This document shows positions 18,922-27,320 of a stretch of DNA of 32,570 nucleotides, in pieces. Under the pieces are notes generated by a model. The model searched no databases and had not been told where the DNA came from. It saw nothing but the letters and a program-made list of their open reading frames with translations. This DNA is from a candidate division FCPU426 bacterium (GTDB taxonomy: Bacteria; Oederibacteriota; Muellerivitia; Muellerivitales; Muellerivitaceae), in NCBI GenBank assembly GCA_963830915.1, contig CAWHOE010000043.1, forward strand, positions 1 to 32,570, given 5' to 3'. A program made the translations under genes and the position numbers. The first letter of the stretch is position 1, and each line of letters begins with the position of its first letter.

Positions 18922-19143
18922 TTCCTGTAAACAACCTGGTGCTTCCTGTAAACGGCGCCAGATTTCCTGTAAACAAGACGAGAATTCCTGTAAACGACCT
19001 GGTGTTTCCTGTAAACGGCACCAGATTTCCTGTAAACAGATGAGGGATTTCCTGTAAACGACCTAGCGTTTCCTGTAAACAAACAGAGAATTCCTGTAAA
19101 CAACCCGTTGTTTCCTGTAAACGGCACCAGATTTCCTGTAAAC
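18922..19143 (+). repeat. Array 2: 11 copies of TTCCTGTAAAC at a 21-bp period with variable 10-nt spacers
   Basis: Cores at 18922, 18943, 18964, 18985, 19006, 19027, 19049, 19070, 19091, 19112 and 19133. Confidence 0.97.
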
Positions 19144-19170
19144 AAACCGATACCTTCTAACACATTAATA

Positions 19171-19570
19171 TTCCGCCGGGCGGACCGGGTCTTTCCGCCG
19201 GAGGGGGTGGTGATTCCGCCGGGCGGACGGGGTCTTTCCGCCGGAAGGGGTGGTGATTCCGCCGGACGGACGGGGTCTTTCCGCCGGAGGGGTTGGTGAT
19301 TCCGCCGGACGGACAGGGCCTTTCCGCCGGAGAAGGCAGTTATTCCGCCGGACGGAGGGGGTCTTTCCGCCGGAGGGGGTAGTGATTCCGCCGGACGGAC
19401 AGGGCCTTTCCGCCGGAGAAGGCAGTTATTCCGCCGGACGGATGGGGTCTTTCCGCCGGAGGGGGTGGTATTCCGCCGGGCGGACGGGGCCTTTCCGCCG
19501 GAAGGGGTGGTGATTCCGCCGGACGGGCAGGGTCTTTCCGCCGGAGAGGGTGGTGATTCCGCCGGGCGGA
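19171..19570 (+). repeat. Array 3: 19 copies of TTCCGCCGG at alternating 22/21-bp spacing (43-bp dimeric unit)
   Basis: Cores run from 19171 to 19557; unit consensus is approximately ATTCCGCCGGRCGGACRGGGYCTTTCCGCCGGAGGGGGTGGTG. Confidence 0.97.
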
Positions 19571-19635
19571 CGTCACCATAAGCTTAAAAAAGCTCAAAAT
19601 CATGGGTTTGGTTTCTTAGGCCCTTATATTCCCGT

Positions 19636-19641
19636 TATAAT
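19636..19641 (+). promoter_or_regulatory. -10 hexamer of a probably leaderless dnaE promoter
   Basis: TATAAT 6 nt before the ATG at 19648; no SD sequence. Confidence 0.6.
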
Positions 19642-19647
19642 GCCGCC

Positions 19648-22600
19648 ATGTATCACACCCAATTCGTCCATCTCCACCTCCATAGCCAGTTCAGCCTCCT
19701 GGAAAGCACCATCCGGGTGGATTCCCTCATGAAGCGGCTGAAAGAACTGCAAATGCCGGCGGTGGCCCTGACGGACAAATACAACCTTTTCGGGGCCATC
19801 CCTTTCTACCAGCAATGCCACCTTCACGGGGTCAAGCCCATCCTGGGCTGTGAGGTATGGGTCACCACCGGGTCCCGGTTGGACCGGTCCCAGGCCTCCG
19901 GGCGGCCGGACAACGCCTACCCCCTCATCCTCCTGGCCGAGAACGAGGACGGCTATAAGAACCTGATGCAGTTGTCCTCCGCCGGGTACCTGCAGGGTTA
20001 CACCCAGGGCCCCCGGGTGGACCGGGAAGTCCTGGCCCGTCACGCCAAGGGTCTGATCGCCCTTTCGGGCGGGGAAGAGGGGGAGATCGACCGGTTCCTC
20101 CTGAAGGAAGAGGCCCCCGTGGCCCTCAAGACCGCCAACCTGTACCAGGAGATATTCGGGAAGGACCATTTCTTCCTCGAACTGACCGACCACCACAAGC
20201 CGGAGCAAAAAAGGGTGCTGAAGGCCCTCATGGATATCGCCGAAAAGACCGGCATCCCGGTGGTAGCCACCAACGACGTGCATTACCTGCGCCCCGAGGA
20301 CGCCCCCAACCATGAGGTGCTGTTGGCCCTGGGCAAGGGGGAAGTCATTTCCAGCCCCACCAGGCCGGTGATGGGTTCGGACGAGTTCTACCTGAAGTCG
20401 GCGGCTGAAATGCTGAAGCTTTTCGGCGAGATGCCCCAGGCCCTGCAACAGACCCTGGAAATATCCTCCCGCTGTAACGTGACCCTGGAATTCGGGCAAT
20501 CCCGCATGCCGTCCTTCCCCATGAAGGACAAGGCCATGACCGAACACGCGTTCCTCGAGAAGCTGTGCCTGGACGGCCTTGAAAAAAGGTTCGGGACCCA
20601 CGCCTACGACCCCCAGGTCAAGGGGCGCATGATCGACGAACTTGGCATCATCCAAAAGACGGGCTTCAGCGGATACTTCCTCATCGTGTGGGATGTCATC
20701 ACCAACGCCCGCAAGATGGGCATCCCGGTGGGGCCGGGAAGGGGCTCGGCGGCGGGAAGCCTGGTGTCTTACCTCATCGGCATTACGGACGTGGACCCCA
20801 TCAAGTACGACCTTCTGTTCGAACGGTTCATTAACCCTGAACGGGTCAGCGCGCCCGATATCGACGTGGACGTCTGCGACACCCGCCGGGACGAGGTGTT
20901 GAAGTACATCACCCAGGCCTACGGCAAGGACCGGGTGGCCTCCATCGTCACCTTCGGCACCATGGCGGCCAAGGCGGTCATCAGGGACGTGGGACGGGTG
21001 TTGGAAATTCCCCTGCCGGAAATAGACCGCATCGCCAAGCTCATCCCCTTCGAGCCCAAGATCACCTTGCAGGATGTGCAGGATAGGGTGCCGGAACTTA
21101 AAGCCCTCGCCACCGAAGAAGGCCCTTTGCGGAAACTCTGGGATGTTTCCCGCGCGCTGGAAGGTTTGGTGCGCCATATTTCCACCCACGCGGCGGGGGT
21201 GATCATCGGTAACGAACCCCTATTGCTGTCCGTCCCCCTTTGCCGGGGAACGGGCGATGAGGTGCTGACCCAGTACGATATGAACGCCCTGAAGGATGTG
21301 GGCCTGCTGAAGCTGGACATTTTGGGCTTACGCACTCTCACCGTCATCGACGAGACCCTTAAAAGGGTAGAGCACACCCGTAATACCAAGGTCGACCTTT
21401 CCACCATCCCTCTGGACGACCCGGAAACATTCAAACTGCTCAAAGAGGCCAAGACCCTTGGCGTGTTCCAGTTGGAAAGCCGGGGCATGAGGGATTACAT
21501 GCGCAAGCTGGAGCCGGAGCATATTGAGGATTTGATCGCCCTCAACGCCCTTTACCGTCCGGGTCCCTTGGGGTCGGACATGGTGGACGATTTCATCCAC
21601 CGCAAGAAGAAGCTGGTGAAGGTGGAATATATGCACCCGAAGCTGGAGCCCATCCTCAAGACCACTTACGGGGTCATCGTCTATCAGGAACAGGTCATGC
21701 GTATCGCCAAGGACCTGTCGGGTTTCTCCCTGGGCCAGGCGGACCTGTTGCGCAAGGCCATGGGCAGCAAGAACCCGGACAAGATGGACCAGATGCGGGG
21801 TAAGTTCATCGATGGGGCCAAGGGCGTGCCGCCCGACGTGGCGGAGGCCATTTTCAATCACATGGCCAAGTTCGCGGGCTACGGTTTCAACAAGTCCCAC
21901 AGCGCCGCTTACGCGTTGGTGGCCTACCAAACGGCCTATTTGAAGGCCCATTTCGCCCCGGAATTCATGGCGGCCCTCCTGACCAGTGAGACCGGCAACC
22001 AGGACAAGGTTTCCCAGTACATTTTCGAGTGCAGGCGCATGGGGGTGAAGGTACTGCCCCCGGATGTGAACGAGAGCGATGAGGAATTCCATGTAACCCC
22101 GGATGGGGCCATCCGGTTTTCGCTGTCGGCCATCAAGAACGTGGGCACCCCGGCGGTAACATCCATCGTGGCGTCCAGGAAAGCCGATGGGCCTTTTACC
22201 TCCATCTTCGACTTCTGCAAGAGGATCGACCTGAAAGCCTTCACCCCCCGCATGGTGGAATGCCTCATCCTGGCCGGGGCTTTTGACTTTACCAAGGTTG
22301 GCCGGGCCACGCTGAAGGCGGCGGTGGAAAAGATATTCCACCAGGCCCAAGGTATCCAAAGCGACAGCCAGAGGGGCCAGACCTCGCTTTTCGAAATGAT
22401 GCCGTCCCAGTCGTCCGAGGAAATGCCCCAGGTGGCGGAATTTTCACCCGCCCAGGCCCTCATGAGCGAAAAAGAGGTGCTGGGCTTCTATATATCAGGC
22501 CATCCCCTTTCGGAACACGAGTGGGAATTGGAACATTACGTCACCCCCCTGCATGAGCTGGAGGAGATGAACGACGGGGCGGAGGTACGGGTGGGAGGGC

Positions 22601-23082
22601 TGATCCGCAGTTTTTCCCAGAACCAGTCGAAAAAGACCAAGGAAACCTTCGGGCGTTTCGTGCTGGAGGACCTGCACACCCATGTGGAGGTCATCGCCTG
22701 GCCGGAAGTGTACCGCAAGTACCAGGACATCCTGGGCAAGGACAAGCTGGTGGCGCTTCGGGGCCGGGTGGACAATTCGGGCAACCGCCTGCAAGTGATC
22801 GCCAACGAGGTCATAGACATGAACGACATGGCCGTCAAGTGGGCCAAGGAAGTGCATATCGACGTGAACGTGGTGGGGCTGGATGACGCCCTGATGCCCA
22901 AGGTGAAGAAGTTGTGCGAGAAATTCCCGGGTAAGGCCCATGTGTTCTTCCATATGCAGACCGCCCATCACGGGTTGATGGTGCTGGAAGCGGGGGACGA
23001 CCTGAAGGTGAGACCTTCCAAGGGATTCCTGAGGGAGATATATGATCTATTGGGAGAGGATAGTATCGAGATAAAGATATAG
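19648..23082 (+). CDS. dnaE: DNA polymerase III alpha subunit
   Basis: PHP N-terminus (HLHLHSQFS, ATNDVHY); GPGRGSAAGSLV, LLFERFINPER, PDIDVD, KLDILGL, YGFNKSHSAAY; clamp-binding motif QTSLF; OB fold. Confidence 0.99.
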   Translation: MYHTQFVHLHLHSQFSLLESTIRVDSLMKRLKELQMPAVALTDKYNLFGAIPFYQQCHLHGVKPILGCEVWVTTGSRLDRSQASGRPDNAYPLILLAENEDGYKNLMQLSSAGYLQGYTQGPRVDREVLARHAKGLIALSGGEEGEIDRFLLKEEAPVALKTANLYQEIFGKDHFFLELTDHHKPEQKRVLKALMDIAEKTGIPVVATNDVHYLRPEDAPNHEVLLALGKGEVISSPTRPVMGSDEFYLKSAAEMLKLFGEMPQALQQTLEISSRCNVTLEFGQSRMPSFPMKDKAMTEHAFLEKLCLDGLEKRFGTHAYDPQVKGRMIDELGIIQKTGFSGYFLIVWDVITNARKMGIPVGPGRGSAAGSLVSYLIGITDVDPIKYDLLFERFINPERVSAPDIDVDVCDTRRDEVLKYITQAYGKDRVASIVTFGTMAAKAVIRDVGRVLEIPLPEIDRIAKLIPFEPKITLQDVQDRVPELKALATEEGPLRKLWDVSRALEGLVRHISTHAAGVIIGNEPLLLSVPLCRGTGDEVLTQYDMNALKDVGLLKLDILGLRTLTVIDETLKRVEHTRNTKVDLSTIPLDDPETFKLLKEAKTLGVFQLESRGMRDYMRKLEPEHIEDLIALNALYRPGPLGSDMVDDFIHRKKKLVKVEYMHPKLEPILKTTYGVIVYQEQVMRIAKDLSGFSLGQADLLRKAMGSKNPDKMDQMRGKFIDGAKGVPPDVAEAIFNHMAKFAGYGFNKSHSAAYALVAYQTAYLKAHFAPEFMAALLTSETGNQDKVSQYIFECRRMGVKVLPPDVNESDEEFHVTPDGAIRFSLSAIKNVGTPAVTSIVASRKADGPFTSIFDFCKRIDLKAFTPRMVECLILAGAFDFTKVGRATLKAAVEKIFHQAQGIQSDSQRGQTSLFEMMPSQSSEEMPQVAEFSPAQALMSEKEVLGFYISGHPLSEHEWELEHYVTPLHELEEMNDGAEVRVGGLIRSFSQNQSKKTKETFGRFVLEDLHTHVEVIAWPEVYRKYQDILGKDKLVALRGRVDNSGNRLQVIANEVIDMNDMAVKWAKEVHIDVNVVGLDDALMPKVKKLCEKFPGKAHVFFHMQTAHHGLMVLEAGDDLKVRPSKGFLREIYDLLGEDSIEIKI

Positions 23083-23176
23083 GCGGGATGTCTCACGATG
23101 GGGACCCGGATTGGGCAACGTCTTTAAGTAAAATGTTCAACAAAGCTTTACAGAATAATTAATGTGGGGATGCCAT

Positions 23177-23412
23177 ATGTTCGGCAATTTTTTTAAATCG
23201 TTTAATAGGGATTATTGGGTCAAGAAAGCCATGGAAGAACGTGGAAGAGAAGTACGGATATTCGAACCAGTAATAAATGTCCTTCAAGAGTTTGGAATTA
23301 GCCGTAATCTGAAATTTGAAAGACATACTCATGGTGGGCCCGGCCCTTGGTTTTTATTTAGGAATCCAAAAATATGGATATTGTTGTATGAAATTATTGC
23401 TGGCGGAGGCGG
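23177..23412 (+). other. 5' part of an AT-rich hypothetical gene interrupted at the junction
   Basis: GGGGA SD and ATG at 23177 (MFGNFFKSFNRDYW...[13 protein letters not shown]); beyond ~23,412 this frame is just the off-frame reading of the MCP sequence. Confidence 0.55.
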
Positions 23413-24158
23413 TGACGGCGGTCAGCCAACAGATGGCGGGCAACGCCGAGGAAACCGCGACGCAAGCCAACGTAGTGTCTGCGGCCAGCGAGCAGGTCTC
23501 GAAGAATGTGGCCTCTGTGGCCTCGGCCTCCGAGCAGATGCAGGCCTCGATCCGCGAAATCGCCAAGAATGCCAACGAGTCGGCTCGGGTGGCAAAGAAT
23601 GCCGTCAGCGTGGCGCAGTCGACCAATTTGACTGTGAAGAAACTGGGCGAATCCAGCCAGGAGATCGGCAACGTGATCAAGGTGATTACGTCGATTGCGC
23701 AGCAGACCAACTTGCTGGCTCTCAATGCGACGATCGAAGCGGCTCGCGCCGGCGAAGCGGGCAAGGGTTTTGCCGTGGTGGCGAACGAGGTGAAGGAACT
23801 CGCCAAGCAGACCGCGAAGGCCACCGAGGACATCGGCCAGAAGATCGATGCGATCCAGGGCGATACCAAGGGCGCCGTCAAGGCGATCGAGGAGATCGGC
23901 ACCATCATCAACCAGATCAATGACATCTCCAACAGCATTGCTTCGGCGGTGGAAGAACAGACGGTGACCACCAATGAGATCGGCCGCAGCGTGACCGAAG
24001 CCGCCAAGGGGGTCGGCGACATCGCCAAGAACATCGGCGGCGTGGCTATGGCTGCAAAGAATACGACGCAGGGCGCCAACGACACGCAAAAGGCGTCGCA
24101 GGAGTTGAGCCGGATGGCGGCCCGGCTGCAGGCGGTCGTCGCGAAGTTCACATTCTGA
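23413..24158 (+). CDS. Methyl-accepting chemotaxis protein, C-terminal signalling domain only (5'-truncated)
   Basis: [40 protein letters not shown]; no sensor, TM or HAMP part and no credible start codon. Confidence 0.93.
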
Positions 24159-24172
24159 CGACACCGTCTGGC

Positions 24173-24212
24173 ACGCGGCCCGGCGGTGGCGCCCATCCGC
24201 CGGGTCACGCGT
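24173..24212 (+). other. GC-rich stem-loop between mcp and cheY
   Basis: ACGCG/GCCCGGCGG...CCGCCGGGT/CGCGT inverted repeat with only a short T tail. Confidence 0.5.
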
Positions 24213-24237
24213 TTAATCGACGAAAACAGGTGAAACG

Positions 24238-24611
24238 ATGGCCAAAGCATTAGTTGTGGACGATTCGAGGGCCGTTCGGATGATCCTCGCCAGGACCTTG
24301 AAGGAGCTTGGATTCGAGGTTCGCGAGGCGGCCAACGGAAGAGAGGCCCTGGAGATGATCGAAGCCGAGAAGACGGCGGTGTCGTTGGTTCTGGCGGATT
24401 GGAACATGCCTGAGATCAATGGACTGGAACTGCTCAAGCGGTTGCGCCAGAAACCGGAACTTCTTCGCTGGTGGTGGTCATGGTCACCACGGAGACCGAA
24501 CTGGACCAGATGGCGGCCGCCCTGGAGGCGGGCGCCAACGAGTACGTTATGAAGCCCTTTACGAAGGACATCCTCGTGGAAAAGCTCCAGCTCGTGGGGA
24601 TCCATCCATGA
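24238..24611 (+). CDS. cheY: CheY-like response regulator (frameshift near 24,465)
   Basis: ALVVDDS...[15 protein letters not shown]; the shifted frame continues [47 protein letters not shown] (TGA 24609-24611). Confidence 0.85.
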
Positions 24612-24624
24612 GGGGGGAGCAGGC

Positions 24625-25738
24625 ATGGCGGCGCTGAACAGGCGAGTGCTCCAACCGGGAGAACGGATTCGGGTGCTGGTGGTGGACGACTCGGTAGTTA
24701 TCCGGCGCCTGGTCACTCACGCCCTGGAGCAGGATCCGGCGCTCGAAGTAGTGGGAGCGGCATCGAACGGCGCGATCGCGCTGCAACGGATCCCGCAGTT
24801 CAATCCCGACGTTCTGACTTTGGATATCGAGATGCCGGAGATGGATGGCCTGGAAACGTTGCGGCGGGTTCGGCGCGAGTATCCCCAACTGCGGGTGATC
24901 ATGTTCAGCACGCTCACCGAGCGCGGCGCGGCGGTAACCCTGGAGGCATGACGTCTGGGGGCCGACGACTACGTGGCCAAGGCTTCCAACGAATGCTCGC
25001 TCGATGGCTCGATGGCGCGCCTGCGGGAAGAGCTGATCCCGAAGATCACACAGTTCTTCCACCTGCCGGGGAGAACGGCGCCGGGGCCCGGCCGACACCG
25101 GCGCGAGTCCCGTAGCGGTGTCGCCGGTCTGGCAGAGCATGAAAGCTGCGGCCCAAAGTTGTGGTCGATTGGAGTCTCCACGGGAGGGCCGACCGCGTCT
25201 AGGCGCGATCATGCCGGAATTGCCGGCGGGTTTCCGCTGCCGGTCCTGGTGGTGCAGCACATGCCGCCGCTGTTTACGCGACTGCTCGCCGAACGTCTTC
25301 ACTCCAGTTGCCGGCTGGCAGTCGAAGAAGCGCGCCAGGGCGAGCCGGTGGAGCGCGGGCAAGATCCTGATCGCGCCGGGAGACTTTCATCTGAAGGTGG
25401 CCTGCCAGCGGCGGCGGAGTGCGCGTGTGTCTGGATCAGTCGCCACCGCAGAATTCCTGCCGTCCGGCCGTGGACGCGTTGTTTACTTCGGTCGGGGAGG
25501 TGTATGGCGGCGCAGTGATCGCCGTGATTCTGACGGGCATGGGGCAGGATGGGCTGCGCGGGGTGGAGATTCTCAAGGCGCAGGGCGCGAGCGTCCTCGC
25601 GCAGGATGAGGCCACAAGCGTCGTCTGGGGCATGCCCGGCGCCGTAGTGAATGCGGGTCTTGCCGACCGCGTGCTGCCCCTCGATCAAGTCGTACCGGAG
25701 ATCCTGCGGATGGCGGGCCGAGATGTGAGGGGAACTGA
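24625..25738 (+). CDS. cheB: Chemotaxis methylesterase CheB (one in-frame TGA and several indels; 3' end approximate)
   Basis: Receiver domain [19 protein letters not shown]; catalytic motifs GVSTGGP, VQHMP, RPAVD and LTGMGQDG, plus [12 protein letters not shown], spread over ORFs 24625, 24973, 25118 and 25419. Confidence 0.88.
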
Positions 25739-26574
25739 ATGGCCAGCCAAACGCCAATCCGCGGAGATCCACTCGGAGAACTACCGGTTTCTTCAGGAGC
25801 ATGTCTATTCGCAATCGGGCATCGTACTCGAAGGGGACAAGCACTACCTGTTCGAGAGCCGCCTTGCGCCGATCGTGAGGCAACTCGGCCTGGGGTCGAT
25901 CAACGACTTGTGCGCACTGCTCCGGGCCACGCGCGAGATCAGAAGTCGGCCGCCACGTCGTCGAGGCCATGACGACGAATGAGACCTACTTCTTCCGAGA
26001 TCCAGCGCACTACGATGCCATACGGTCGGTCCTGCTGCCCAAGCTGAAGGAAGAGCGGCGAGATTACAGAAGATTGCGATTCTGGTCGGCTGCGGCATCG
26101 ACCGGGCAGGAGGCCTACAGCCTGGCCATGCTGCTCTTACAGGAAGGGTTGAGCGACTGGAATATCCAGATCCTAGGCACCGACTTTTCCGCGCCTGTGG
26201 TGGAACGCGCCCGGTCCGGCAAGTATCAGCAGATAGAGGTGAACCGGGGGTTGCCGACGGCGCTGCTGGTGAAGCATTTCCGCCGTTCCGGCGTGGACTG
26301 GCAGTTGAGCGAGCCGGTGCGCCGGCTGGCGAGTTTTGAGACGATTGACCTGCGCCAGAGCATGCGCGCCCTGGGACCCTTCGACCTGGTGTTCTGCCGC
26401 AACGTCATGATTTATTTCGATGCTGAAACAAAGAAGAACATTTTAAGGCAACTCCACGGAACCCTGTTTCGCGGCGGCTGGCTGATGCTGGGCGGAGCCG
26501 AGACGGCGTTCGGCGTCGAGGAGTGGTTTGACAGAGAGACCGTCGGAAGCGCAATCGTGTACGTTGCCCGCTGA
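25739..26574 (+). CDS. cheR: Chemotaxis methyltransferase CheR (indels near 25,755 and 25,945)
   Basis: [63 protein letters not shown] and LGGAET. Confidence 0.92.
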
Positions 26575-26584
26575 GAGGAAAACC

Positions 26585-27046
26585 ATGCCAACCGGTGCGA
26601 GCGTAGAGATACTGCCGAGCGAACTTGCACAGATCGTTGTATCCGTTTTCGAGGCCATGTTGGGCCTGCAAGCGAGCGAGAGCGAGACACCCTGGTTCTT
26701 CAGCGGGGACCGGTTGACATCCGTTGTCCACCTGGCGGGCGATTGGAACGGAGCGGTGCTGGTGGAGTGCGACCGCGGGCAGGCCTGCCGCTTTGCGGGC
26801 CGTTTTCTCACCATGGAGCCACCGGAGACGGTGGACGACGTCGTGCGCGACGTGCTCGGCGAACTGGCCAACATGATCGGCGGCAACCTGAAGCCTGTAT
26901 TGACACCGGGGATCCGGCTTTCCATGCCCAGCGTAGTGGATGGCTGCGACTACAGCCTGCGGGTGTGCGGGGCCAAGGTCCAGCAGCGGCTTGCCTTTCA
27001 ATCCGCCGAGGGCCTCTTCTGGATCACCATCCTGACCACGCGATAG
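26585..27046 (+). CDS. cheX: CheX-family chemotaxis phosphatase
   Basis: GAGGA SD before the ATG at 26585; VHLAGDWNGAV and the ExxN motif DVLGELANMIGGNLK...LSMPSVVDG. Confidence 0.85.
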   Translation: MPTGASVEILPSELAQIVVSVFEAMLGLQASESETPWFFSGDRLTSVVHLAGDWNGAVLVECDRGQACRFAGRFLTMEPPETVDDVVRDVLGELANMIGGNLKPVLTPGIRLSMPSVVDGCDYSLRVCGAKVQQRLAFQSAEGLFWITILTTR

Positions 27047-27320
27047 TGAAAGCGGAAGCGCTCGGGGCGGTTTGACCTCCTCCAACAAAACAGGCAGCCA
27101 CGCAGAGTGGGGCACCGTCGGACGAGGTAGCCACGGCACGCCAAATCCTAGCGAATCCGGCACGGTCCGACCAGGCACGCCGTCTCGGGAGACCTGCTCC
27201 GCGCAGCTTGTTCGATCCGCTCGCCGCGGGTTTCGATCGGCCCGCTCAATGCGAGAGATGATCCCCAGTATGACCGCGAGGGCTGCGCTGTGATAAACCG
27301 GACATGATTGGAGCCGACTC

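Noticed and set aside
18922..19570. CRISPR array
   Set aside because: Cores are 9-11 bp and spacers 10-13 bp and recurrent, far from CRISPR dimensions; no cas genes are present.
18873..19603. Short repeat-peptide ORFs (FTGN/VYRK, FRRR/IPP) over the arrays
   Set aside because: Frames are broken by the 22-bp units and the 43-bp period, there are no convincing SD/starts, and they are by-products of the DNA repeats.
23162..24158. Novel soluble MCP (23316..24158) or 253-aa protein (23162..23923)
   Set aside because: Both ORFs cross the junction and combine unrelated sequence.
25419..25982. Apparent CheB-CheR fusion ORF
   Set aside because: It lies in an indel-rich stretch; a TGA-ATG at 25736-25741 marks a plausible gene boundary, so the fusion is probably an artefact. 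Reads would be needed to exclude it fully.
27047..27320. GGCAC-containing mini-repeats or ncRNA downstream of cheX
   Set aside because: Short matches are expected at this GC content; there is no regular period or recognisable RNA fold.
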